In this document: piece after piece, positions 10,412-19,204 of the stretch | How positions within the stretch are numbered: position 1 is the first letter of the stretch | How the letters are laid out: the number at the start of each line of letters is the position of its first letter | The notes under the pieces: model-generated | What the model was told of the DNA's origin: nothing | Database searches by the model: none | What the model saw: the letters and a program-made list of their open reading frames with translations, nothing else | Virus record (IMG/VR): IMGVR_UViG_3300021400_005359 | DNA length: 64,000 bases | Reading direction: 5' to 3' (one strand) | Origin: an uncultured virus (IMG/VR IMGVR_UViG_3300021400_005359) | Lineage: Duplodnaviria > Heunggongvirae > Uroviricota > Caudoviricetes | Made by a program: the position numbers and the translations under genes

Positions 10412-10654
10412 AAAAAAAAGCTCTTGAAGAAGAGCTTGAAAGTCGATATATACGCAAGACTTAAAGAAGTCCTATAATATCAAGCCATCGATAAGGGAAA
10501 ACCCTAATCGCTAGCGACCTGTTATTGTATGAACTGGTTTAAGCACCAATCCACAAGATAACTACTGAATAACTTCAGTAAGTATCGAGAGCCTCTCGAA
10601 AACAGGTCAAGCTAAGTAGCTTGATGAAATTCCTCAGTTTTTAATATCAATGAT
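10412..10654 (-). ncRNA. Candidate structured non-coding RNA (about 240 nt), family not recognised
   Basis: GC-enriched intergenic island with nested stems (10479-86/10618-25 and 10516-23/10601-08 enclosing three hairpins). Mismatches resolve to G-U on the minus strand. TATAAT at 10666-10661 and U-tailed terminator at 10437-10412. Confidence 0.6.
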
Positions 10655-10800
10655 TAATATATTATATAAAGAAAAGAACAATATTATTCTAAATTTTATA
10701 AAAATTTTAAACTAAAAAATAAAATACCAAAATTTTTATATATAACTAAAAAAAATCTATTATAAAGAATAAAAAATTTGTTTAGAGAGGTTTTTAAAAA

Positions 10801-13353
10801 ATGTCTGAAATTTATATAGATATTGACAAATATATCAAAAAAGAAGAAGATATGGCTCTAGATAAATACGAAGAAGACGAAGAGATTACAATAGGTCTTG
10901 TTCCATATAAAGAAATAAGTTACAAATATGATTCTGGATACGGAGCATATGCTTGTGAACAAATTATGGAAAAAGATGAAATGCCAGAAACTTTTAAAAT
11001 TAGTGGAAATTTTATAACTCAACTCATAATTGGACAAACATATGAAGCTAAAGGAAAAGTACAAGTTTACAATAAAAAGAAACAATTAAAAGTTGACGAA
11101 ATAAAGAAAATTACGCCTAAAACAGTAAGAACTATAAAACTTTTCTTAAAAAGCTTAGATGGTATGGCTCCATTTTCTGATTTAATATATGAAGAATATG
11201 GAGAAAATGCTATAAATGTGATAAGAACAAATCCTCTTGATTTAAAAAAACTTTGTCCTGCTATATATGATGCTCAAGCTCTTGGTTGGCAAAAACAATT
11301 ATTAGAAATGTCTGATTATCAAGAATATATGACAGATTTAATAAACTTTGGAATGAAACCAATCCAAGCAAAACAATTTTTTGATAAATATAAGGAATTA
11401 TCAGTTGAAAAAATAAAACAAAATCCTTATAGATTAATTGGAGAAATTAAAGGATTTGGTTTCTTAAAATGTGACACAATAGCTAAGAATATAGGTTTTC
11501 CACTTGATTCAGATTCTAGAATATCTAATGCAATCGTTTATATATTAAATACTGCTCAATATGAAGGAAACACTTATATGACAGAAAAAGAACTTTTGTC
11601 TAAAGCATCTGACCTTCTGGACGTAAAACTTCCAGTAAGAGATATGAAAGCATTTTTCAAACAGAATGAAAATTCTAAAAAAGCTTTATATAAACTCGGA
11701 AATATTACTTTTAATATTGATATGGAAGAAATTAGAAAAGCAGTTTATGACTATGATAATGCTGTTTATAAAAAAGATAAAGAAGAATCAAAAATAATTC
11801 TTTTTTCTATTCCAAAAGAAAAAATTTTAGACCAAATAAATATTTTAAAAGTTTCAGGAACTATTATCATAGACGAAAAACACGGACCAAAGAAAATTTA
11901 TGATAAATATCTATATACTTGTGAAGAGTTTATAGCTAAAAAGCTTTATGATATTGAAAATTTTTCAGAACCTATAGATGATAATATAAATATAGAAGAC
12001 CTTCTTAACAGGTATCTTGATAAAAAGAATATAAAACTTGAAGAAATGCAGTATCAAGCAGTAATTAATTCAGCATCTACCTATGGTGGATTCTCAATTA
12101 TAAATGGTAGTGCTGGTTGTGGTAAAACTTTCACATTAAATATAGCTTTAAAACTTATAGAAACTATATATGAATATAAATATGGATATTTTGAGCCAAT
12201 GATTCTTGCTCCAACTGGTAGAGCAGCTAAAGTAGCAATGAACGCTACAAAGAGACAAGCATCTACAATACATAAAGCACTTCGTCCTCAAACAGACGGT
12301 GGATTTTTCTTTAATGCAATGAACAACCTTCCTTTTAATTGTATAATCGTAGACGAAACATCTATGCTTGATGTTGAAATGGCTAGATACTTATTTGAAG
12401 CAATTTCAAGAAAAACAAAAGTAATATTTATCGGAGATACTAAACAGCTTGCATCAGTTGGACCTGGAAATGTACTTAGAGATATTATTAATAGCAATCA
12501 TTTCAAAGTAACAACTTTAAATGTAGCAAAAAGACAAGGAAAAGATTCTGGAATTTACAAAAATGCTACAAGAATTGTAATGGGAGAAATGATTACTTCT
12601 GAAACAGAAACAAAAGATGCTTACGTATTTAATTCAAAAGAAAATTCAATAATTATTTCAAAAGTTTTATCTTTATATGAGTCTTTATATAAACAATTAA
12701 AACTTGAAGAGATTCAACTTCTTGTTCCTCAAAAAGGTGGATTACTTGGAACAAATTATATGAATTTCATATTACAAGATAAATTCAACCACGAAAATAA
12801 TGAAATAAGAATTTTAAATAAACAAATTTCTGTTACGCTTGAAAATGGCAATTCAGCAAAATATGAACTTTACTTTAAGAAAGGTGACAAAGTAATAAAT
12901 ACTAAAAATGATTATGACCTTCCTTGGTATGTATTAAAAGATGGGAAACTTGAATTAGAACCAAATGGTCTTGCTGGAGTTTCAAATGGTGAAACAGGGA
13001 AGATAATAAAAATAATTCAGTCAAAAGATGAAAACAGAAACATTGTAAATAGAATCGTTGTTAAATACGATGATAAATACATTGTTTACGTTAACGACTT
13101 TGAAAATTTAGACCACGCATATGCAATGACAATTCACAAATCACAGGGTTCTGAATGGCCAGCGGTAATAATGCCAATTACTTTTGCAAGTTATAGGATG
13201 CTCGAAAGAAACCTTTTATATACTGGATATACTAGAGCAAAGAAATGGATTGCTGTTGTAGGAGATACACAAGCAATAAAATATGCAATAGATACTGAAA
13301 AATCTATAGAAAGACAAACAGGATTACTTGATAGATTAAATGAATTATTTTAA
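10801..13353 (+). CDS. recD2: ATP-dependent RecD2-like SF1B DNA helicase
   Basis: N-terminal OB/HhH region (NPYRL...GFGFLKCDTIA), Walker A GSAGCGKT, LAPTGRAA, IIVDETSMLD, GDTKQLASVGPG, HAYAMTIHKSQGSEW, RNLLYTGYTRAK. Confidence 0.95.
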   Translation: MSEIYIDIDKYIKKEEDMALDKYEEDEEITIGLVPYKEISYKYDSGYGAYACEQIMEKDEMPETFKISGNFITQLIIGQTYEAKGKVQVYNKKKQLKVDEIKKITPKTVRTIKLFLKSLDGMAPFSDLIYEEYGENAINVIRTNPLDLKKLCPAIYDAQALGWQKQLLEMSDYQEYMTDLINFGMKPIQAKQFFDKYKELSVEKIKQNPYRLIGEIKGFGFLKCDTIAKNIGFPLDSDSRISNAIVYILNTAQYEGNTYMTEKELLSKASDLLDVKLPVRDMKAFFKQNENSKKALYKLGNITFNIDMEEIRKAVYDYDNAVYKKDKEESKIILFSIPKEKILDQINILKVSGTIIIDEKHGPKKIYDKYLYTCEEFIAKKLYDIENFSEPIDDNINIEDLLNRYLDKKNIKLEEMQYQAVINSASTYGGFSIINGSAGCGKTFTLNIALKLIETIYEYKYGYFEPMILAPTGRAAKVAMNATKRQASTIHKALRPQTDGGFFFNAMNNLPFNCIIVDETSMLDVEMARYLFEAISRKTKVIFIGDTKQLASVGPGNVLRDIINSNHFKVTTLNVAKRQGKDSGIYKNATRIVMGEMITSETETKDAYVFNSKENSIIISKVLSLYESLYKQLKLEEIQLLVPQKGGLLGTNYMNFILQDKFNHENNEIRILNKQISVTLENGNSAKYELYFKKGDKVINTKNDYDLPWYVLKDGKLELEPNGLAGVSNGETGKIIKIIQSKDENRNIVNRIVVKYDDKYIVYVNDFENLDHAYAMTIHKSQGSEWPAVIMPITFASYRMLERNLLYTGYTRAKKWIAVVGDTQAIKYAIDTEKSIERQTGLLDRLNELF

Positions 13354-13385
13354 AAAAGAGAAGGAGTTATGCTCCTTCTCTTTTT
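13352..13385. terminator. Bidirectional intrinsic terminator
   Basis: AAAAAGAGAAGGAG-TTATG-CTCCTTCTCTTTTT; the loop contains the stop codon of the 13367-13705 gene. Confidence 0.85.
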
Positions 13386-13705
13386 ATGTCAAAGAAATCT
13401 TGTGTTAAATCTTCGTAAATAAACCTAATAAAAAAATCATTTCTTAGAACTTTTTTTAATATTGGAAACAAGATATTAAACTTTTCCATATCAATTCCTT
13501 TCTTTGAAAAAATACTATCTATATTTCCTTTATCATCAAAACTTAAAGAAATTCCCATAGATGAAAATAAAAATTTTAAATTATCAGGACATTCAGGAAT
13601 TTCCAAAAGTCTAAAAATTTCAGAATTTTCGTCTAAGAGGATTGTTAAATCTATTAAGTTATTATTTGAAATAAAAAAATTTTGTTCAACAATATAACCT
13701 TTCAT
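13367..13705 (-). CDS. Hypothetical protein
   Basis: 112-aa ORF with AGGAGG SD. Confidence 0.7.
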   Translation of the reverse strand: MKGYIVEQNFFISNNNLIDLTILLDENSEIFRLLEIPECPDNLKFLFSSMGISLSFDDKGNIDSIFSKKGIDMEKFNILFPILKKVLRNDFFIRFIYEDLTQDFFDIKREGA

Positions 13706-13820
13706 AAATATACCCTCCTAACATTAGTATATCATAAACGTATTAAATCTTAAAGTATATTGAAAAAATTTATAAATTTTTATATTATAAAAACATAAAA
13801 AGAAAGGTTAGGAAAAAATC

Positions 13821-14384
13821 TTGGAAAAAAATAATAATAACAACAATAAATTAGAACAAAGATATATAGATAATGCTCAAAAAGATTATGAAGCATATGA
13901 ACAAGGAGGTTTTGAAGTTAAGAAAACTTCTCCTTTTTCAAATATCTGGAAACCTTTATCTAAAATTATAATTGCTTTAATATTTGTATGTTTAATAATT
14001 AATATGTTAAATTTACAGATGAGAACAAACAAAAATGATTATTTCGATAAAATAGAAGGAACTTGGGTTGATGAAAATAATAACTATTACGAAATATATG
14101 ATAGTGAAATTGAAATGAACCAAGGTTCAAAAGACAGACCTTTTTATAAGGGAACTGTTGTAAATATATTAGAAACAGATTACGGATATAAAATTGTAAC
14201 AAAAGGAAAGCAAATAGAATACAAAAACACTGATGAGCTTGATAAAACAGTTGAAAAAGATTTAAATTTGTCAATTGAAATAAGAGATTATACAGAAGAG
14301 TTTAAACAACCTATGACAGCAATTATAGGCAAACAAGAACTTGGAATAGTAAGAGTTGAAAACACAAAAAAAGAGGATTTTTAA
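13821..14384 (+). CDS. Single-pass membrane protein with beta-rich extracytoplasmic domain
   Basis: TM IIIALIFVCLIINML followed by an IEGTWVD motif typical of small beta-barrel domains. Confidence 0.7.
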   Translation: MEKNNNNNNKLEQRYIDNAQKDYEAYEQGGFEVKKTSPFSNIWKPLSKIIIALIFVCLIINMLNLQMRTNKNDYFDKIEGTWVDENNNYYEIYDSEIEMNQGSKDRPFYKGTVVNILETDYGYKIVTKGKQIEYKNTDELDKTVEKDLNLSIEIRDYTEEFKQPMTAIIGKQELGIVRVENTKKEDF

Positions 14385-14397
14385 TCCTCTTTTTTTT
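14366..14397. terminator. Bidirectional intrinsic terminator
   Basis: AAAAAAAGAGGATT...AATCCTCTTTTTTT spanning the 14384 stop and abutting the pilin stop. Confidence 0.85.
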
Positions 14398-14605
14398 ATA
14401 ACTGAAATTCGTTAGTTCCAGGAACCTGAATGCTTTCTACAGTTTTACCTGCACAACCATTGAACCATTTATACACATAATGACCAAATACAAAAAGTCC
14501 AGCTCCAACACCAAGAGCAACAGCAATTCCAACAACCTGCTCTACGTTTGGACCACCACATTCATTTGCAAGTGCGTTGTTTACTCTATTAAGAAATCCT
14601 TTCAT
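14396..14605 (-). CDS. Flp/type IVb-like prepilin (copy 2); start revised to ATG 14605
   Basis: MKGFLNRVNNALANECG|GPNVEQVVGIAVALGVGAGLFVFG: short leader, Gly at -1, Glu at +5, then a hydrophobic helix. The GGAGG SD precedes ATG 14605. Confidence 0.75.
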   Translation of the reverse strand: MKGFLNRVNNALANECGGPNVEQVVGIAVALGVGAGLFVFGHYVYKWFNGCAGKTVESIQVPGTNEFQL

Positions 14606-14733
14606 TTTTTTAACCTCCAAATATTAAATATATTATATAATATTCTTTTAATTGATTATAAATTACTTTTTAAGAAATAATAAAAAAGGAAGTCAAACGA
14701 CTTCCTTTTTTTGTATAATTAATTTACAATTAA

Positions 14734-14952
14734 TTACCATCCCTTAGTTGTAAATGATTCACCCTTAGGAGTCTCGATATCAGTTACAGTCTGACCAGCA
14801 CATCCGTTGAACCACTGGAATACACTTCTACCAAAAAGGAAAAGACCAACACCAACTGCAAGAGCAACTGCAATACCCATAACCTGCTCTACGTTTGGTC
14901 CTCCACATTCATTTGAAAGTGCGTTGTTTACTTCATTAACAAACTTCTTCAT
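14734..14952 (-). CDS. Flp/type IVb-like prepilin (copy 1)
   Basis: MKKFVNEVNNALSNECG|GPNVEQVMGIAVALAVGVGLFLFG; paralog of the adjacent gene, with its own GGAGG SD and a terminator at about 14682-14711. Confidence 0.75.
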   Translation of the reverse strand: MKKFVNEVNNALSNECGGPNVEQVMGIAVALAVGVGLFLFGRSVFQWFNGCAGQTVTDIETPKGESFTTKGW

Positions 14953-15170
14953 TAATTTAACCTCCGATTTTGTTTTTGTATAATGTTCTTTAGAACAATA
15001 TACCTTATAAGATTATAATTTAAATTATAATTTAGAAGAGTTTGAGGAAAAAGAAAAGCCTTTTCTTCTGTCTTAAAAATTATATATTATATAATACTCA
15101 GAGAGTAAAAAAATTATAAAAATTTTTATTCTAAAACTTGTTTTATTGTTTTATAAAAGTGTTTTAACTA

Positions 15171-16382
15171 TTAATCATTGCCAATAACTTCTATATCTGA
15201 AGCTTCTTCCGAAATCTCTTTGGTAGCTTCATCAATAACTTTTTCGTCTTCTGCTCTTTCAATAGATACAACCTCTCCGTTTTTATCAGTTGTGATATCC
15301 AAATCTTCTGTAGAAGACTGCATCTCTGTTGTAGTTGAAGCATCATAATAGTCAAGGTTTAATCCCTTAGAATTATAAAAATCTCTCATATAAGAAATAG
15401 AATTATGAAGTCTTTTTGCATTATCACTAATATCTGCTGCTTGAGAAATCTGACTATCTAAAACATCTATATCAGCAGCTTCAAAATAATCTCTCATATA
15501 TTCACTAAATATAACTAAACATTCAACAACTTCATTTCTATAGTTATTTAAATTCTCATCAGTAATCTCAAGATTCTGTAATTTTTCAATATCTTTATCA
15601 ATGCTATCTAAAGAAGTGTTATATCCAGTCTTTTTATAATACTTAATAAATGCTTCATCTGCAAGACTAGCAATTTCTTGTACATTTCTATCAATCATAA
15701 ATAAAGTATAATTCTCATCTTCACTAAATTCAGACTGTCTTCCAAATAAGTTGAAGTTGTAAGAATAATAAATAGTTTCTTTCATAGCAGAATAGAAATC
15801 AATATAATCGCTCATATTTTCAATTGATGATGAAAATACTTGCATATAAGAACCAGCTTCTACAAGTGACTTTTGGAAGCTATTATAATCATCATAATTA
15901 TTAGAAGTATAAGCATCGTGCAAATAAAGAGATGCTTCCTTAAACTTCTCTAATGAAGAAACAAATATTTTAACAGAATCTTTCATTTCAAGTGGAACAT
16001 ATAAATCGTTTACAGAATCAATTGTAAACTGAAGCCTATTCATATAATAATTATAATCATTCTCATTCTTATTATCTATAGCATTTCCAACAAGAGAATA
16101 ATCTCTATCAAAATTCTCCATATAAATATTCAAAACAGCAAAAAGAGCATAATCTTTAGTTGTAAACTTTTCTTTCTCTATAGGATTGTCTACGAAATCC
16201 TCAAGCTCATCATCAGTAAATTCAAGTTCAGAATCAGAAACCTTAACATCTGTATCTTCTTCTAAAGCCTGACTTTCAATTGAGGTTTCCTCTTTTTGAG
16301 AATTAGTAGTAGTCTTTCCACAAGCTGTTAAACTGCTTAAAACAAGTCCAATTCCCAAAATATAAATTATCTTTTTTTTCAT
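15171..16382 (-). CDS. Acidic helical lipoprotein; start revised to ATG 16382
   Basis: MKKKIIYILGIGLVLSSLTA|C lipobox; AAGGAG SD upstream of 16382. Confidence 0.75.
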   Translation of the reverse strand: MKKKIIYILGIGLVLSSLTACGKTTTNSQKEETSIESQALEEDTDVKVSDSELEFTDDELEDFVDNPIEKEKFTTKDYALFAVLNIYMENFDRDYSLVGNAIDNKNENDYNYYMNRLQFTIDSVNDLYVPLEMKDSVKIFVSSLEKFKEASLYLHDAYTSNNYDDYNSFQKSLVEAGSYMQVFSSSIENMSDYIDFYSAMKETIYYSYNFNLFGRQSEFSEDENYTLFMIDRNVQEIASLADEAFIKYYKKTGYNTSLDSIDKDIEKLQNLEITDENLNNYRNEVVECLVIFSEYMRDYFEAADIDVLDSQISQAADISDNAKRLHNSISYMRDFYNSKGLNLDYYDASTTTEMQSSTEDLDITTDKNGEVVSIERAEDEKVIDEATKEISEEASDIEVIGND

Positions 16383-16506
16383 AAAAAACTCCTTTTTATA
16401 CAAATTATTTTATATAATATTTCTTTTTTATGTTAATAATTATAATTAAATGTACAATTTCTTCATATAATATTCTATAAGTTATTAGTCTTAGGAGGAA
16501 AAATCT

Positions 16507-16965
16507 TTGATTTATCTAATGACAAAAACAAAAAGAGAAGAATTCAGAAAAACTGATAGATTTAAAGAAATCTCAGAAGTTATTTCTAAACTTAATTTAA
16601 ATTCTTCTTATGTTTCAGGCAACATTAAAAATCTAATAAATAAATATTCAAACTATGATGACTGGAGAAAAGCATATTTTGAGTCTGGAGAAGAAAGACA
16701 AAATATTCTTTCTAGCGTAGATAATATAACAAGAAGAGCAAATACCGACTATTCTTACAATCTTTTTACTGGAAAAACATCCAGAGAATATGTTCCTTAT
16801 ATTAATGAAGATTATGGTAGAACAAAAGAAGATATTTGCCAAATTGCTGAAATCATCTACAAAGACCAGACTGAAAAAGAAAAAGACTTTTCTCTTGAAG
16901 AAATTTTCGCAGTTGTCTATATGAATATTATACAAATCCCTTGGGAACAAAAAGAGAGAGCTTAA
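16507..16965 (+). CDS. Protein resembling the N-terminal, non-catalytic half of MjaI-family restriction endonucleases
   Basis: AGGAGG SD with TTG start; pattern DDWRKAYFESGEER...YGRTKEDI...IIY...SLEEIFAVVY..II..W. Ends before any PD-(D/E)xK motif. Family call from memory. Confidence 0.4.
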   Translation: MIYLMTKTKREEFRKTDRFKEISEVISKLNLNSSYVSGNIKNLINKYSNYDDWRKAYFESGEERQNILSSVDNITRRANTDYSYNLFTGKTSREYVPYINEDYGRTKEDICQIAEIIYKDQTEKEKDFSLEEIFAVVYMNIIQIPWEQKERA

Positions 16966-16979
16966 GCTCCCTCTTTTTT
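16949..16979. terminator. Bidirectional intrinsic terminator
   Basis: AAAAAGAGAGAGCT-TA-AGCTCCCTCTTTTT containing the 16965 stop. Confidence 0.8.
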
Positions 16980-16982
16980 ATT

Positions 16983-18398
16983 TTAATCAGAAATAATTTC
17001 AACTTCTTTTTCTTCATTTCCTTCTTCCTCTGAAACATTTTCAGTTTCCTCTGAAGGTAAATCTTCTGTATATTTTTCATCAATTACACCAAGTTCAGAA
17101 AAATCAGCTAAAATATCAATGCCTAAATCTTTAAGTTTATCAGAAAGCTCTTCTACTGTTAATAGAAGCTGTTCTTCTAATATAGCAATCTCGTCTTCTG
17201 ACTTAGAGAAACATTCCTGATTATAAATAACAGTATATTGTCTTAAAAGCTTATAAACATCCATATAATTTCTGAAAATTTCTTTATCACTTTCTCTTAA
17301 AGTATCTTCTTGTTCTTCAATAGTAGAGATAAGAGAATTCATAAGAGTGATATAATTTTGTGCATTTGTACTATCTTCTGCTTCAGAATACTCAATACAT
17401 AAGTACATATAGCTCATAAGTTCTTTAAAGTGTTTTTGTAATAAACTCTTTAAATTAGTAGAACCATCTTTATTAAGTCCAAATAAAGCAAAGAAATTTG
17501 AATCGTGAGTTTCTAAGTAATTATTAAAATCAAGCCCATAATCATCAAAATCATCTGTAATAGAAAGTTCTTTATGATAATTTAAATATTTAAGTTCAAT
17601 AGTTAAAGATACATTCTTATTGAAAAGCTCAACTTTATATACTTCATTATTATCTACATATAAATATAAAGTATATTCACCACTTAACTTAGATAACTTC
17701 TGGAAAATTTTATAATTTATACTATCTTCTCCTGCAACATCTTTAAAGTAATTATCAAGATTTTTAAAATCTTCTTCAGTTACATTCTTTGTAAAACGAC
17801 CTCTTCCTTTTGTAAATATATAGAATTGGTCTTTATCAGGAGTGTAGTAAAAACTATCTGAATTATTCTTCAAATATAAGAATAAACCTTTAGCAAAATC
17901 TTTCTTAAGTAAATTAATATCAATATCTCCATACTTACTATCAAATACAGAAAAAATTGGTCTTAAATTTGCGTGAAGTTTTGTATTGTTGTCTGGAATC
18001 TCTAAAATAGTCTGATAAACTTCATCAACTTCTGTCTTAAATTTAATATCGTCGTCAAAAATTACTTGAACAGGTAAGTAAATACCAAGTTTTTGACTCT
18101 CAATTTCAAATCCAAAGCTACCATCAAGAGCAATATTATTTGAATCTTTATAGTTTTTATCAAAATATGTTTTATAAATTATATTCATAGTGTCGTAATC
18201 TTGTTCATCTTCAGAATAACTTGTTCTAGAATATTTTAAATCTACAAAACCATCATTTATATTGTAATCGTGTAAAACATCTGTAATTTTTATTTTTTTA
18301 TTTTTACTAACTGTTGAAATAGTAATTATAGAAATAATGAAAATTACAAAAAAGAAACATACGTATTTAACGAATCCTTTAAAGACTTTATTTTGCAT
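16983..18398 (-). CDS. Membrane-anchored hypothetical protein with acidic tail
   Basis: 471-aa ORF with N-terminal TM and AAGGAG SD. Confidence 0.7.
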   Translation of the reverse strand: MQNKVFKGFVKYVCFFFVIFIISIITISTVSKNKKIKITDVLHDYNINDGFVDLKYSRTSYSEDEQDYDTMNIIYKTYFDKNYKDSNNIALDGSFGFEIESQKLGIYLPVQVIFDDDIKFKTEVDEVYQTILEIPDNNTKLHANLRPIFSVFDSKYGDIDINLLKKDFAKGLFLYLKNNSDSFYYTPDKDQFYIFTKGRGRFTKNVTEEDFKNLDNYFKDVAGEDSINYKIFQKLSKLSGEYTLYLYVDNNEVYKVELFNKNVSLTIELKYLNYHKELSITDDFDDYGLDFNNYLETHDSNFFALFGLNKDGSTNLKSLLQKHFKELMSYMYLCIEYSEAEDSTNAQNYITLMNSLISTIEEQEDTLRESDKEIFRNYMDVYKLLRQYTVIYNQECFSKSEDEIAILEEQLLLTVEELSDKLKDLGIDILADFSELGVIDEKYTEDLPSEETENVSEEEGNEEKEVEIISD

Positions 18399-18581
18399 TT
18401 AAAAAAGCTCCTTTTATATTAATTCATTCTTTATTATATCTAAAATGGGAAAAAAATCAATAAAAAAAGAGGCTTAAAAAAGCCTCAGAAAAAACATAAT
18501 AAAAGTAGGTAAAACCTTAATGCTCGACAGAGCAGATGTTTTTTTATAAATAAAAAGCTTTAAGAAGCTTTAAAAATCATC

Positions 18582-18866
18582 TTAAGCCTCTTCAGAATCC
18601 TCAAGAGCCTTCTCGTATGCACCAAGAATTGCACCAACGAGCTCATCTCTTGCTTCCTTAGTGATAGGATTGAAGATGTTTGAATACTTCTTCTCTCCGC
18701 CAGACTCATACTGTCTCTGAGGCATTGAAGCGAACAGACCGTTCTTTCCTTCAACAACTGCGATATCGTTAAGAACGATAGCATCCTCAATTACAACAGA
18801 CGCATAAGCCTTTCTTGCACTTTCAGGATTCTTTACAAGTCTCATAGAGGTAACATCAATCTTCAT
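18582..18866 (-). CDS. spoVG: SpoVG-family nucleic-acid-binding protein
   Basis: KAYASVVIEDAIVLNDIAVVEGKNGLFASMP...YSNIFNPITKEARDEL..AIL.AY matches the SpoVG pattern. AAAGGAG SD; terminator at 18462-18486. Confidence 0.92.
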   Translation of the reverse strand: MKIDVTSMRLVKNPESARKAYASVVIEDAIVLNDIAVVEGKNGLFASMPQRQYESGGEKKYSNIFNPITKEARDELVGAILGAYEKALEDSEEA

Positions 18867-18918
18867 AGTTTTAAAATCTCCTTTACGTTTGGTATTTTGA
18901 TTTGATGTTTGTTGGTTT

Positions 18919-18995
18919 GTATGTACTGTCTGGTAGTAAGATATCTTCCGATATCAGGGGCCCCGAGGGCAAAACCAGAGAACAGAAACACACAC
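18919..18995 (-). promoter_or_regulatory. Structured 5' leader element of spoVG (three-way junction)
   Basis: Closing stem 18929-34/18974-79, extended by 18919-24/ACACAC. Hairpins GATATC-GGAA-GATATC (GNRA loop on the minus strand) and GCCC-TCG-GGGC. TATAAT at about 19050-19045. Confidence 0.6.
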
Positions 18996-19204
18996 GCCTA
19001 ACATTTCTCCTAGAAATTTATTAAATAAATTTTAGAATTAATATATTATACTGTATAAAAAGATGAATATAACTGTTTTTATGAAAATTTTTAAGAAAAT
19101 TTTAAAACCTAAATATTATTTAGTAAAGCCTTAAAAATATTTATTTAAATGTTTTTCAATGTATATTATGAAATAGAAAAATTTTTTGAATAGGAGATAT
19201 TATT

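Noticed and set aside
10259..10477. 72-aa plus-strand ORF overlapping the RNA candidate
   Set aside because: No SD, overlaps the start of a real minus-strand gene and a terminator; composition is not protein-like.
10434..10615. Plus-strand words (TTGAAAGTCGAT, AAGTCCT, CAGGTCAA) loosely recalling the raiA-motif RNA; minus-strand GAGGAA recalling RNase P RNA
   Set aside because: Only short matches from memory. G-U wobbles, promoter and terminator favour the minus strand, and the other conserved elements of these families are not visible. A covariance-model search is needed.
14982..14999. ATTGTTCTA..ACATT motif upstream of the pilin, similar to 40235-40250 upstream of another gene
   Set aside because: Only two imperfect copies in very AT-rich DNA; insufficient to call an operator.
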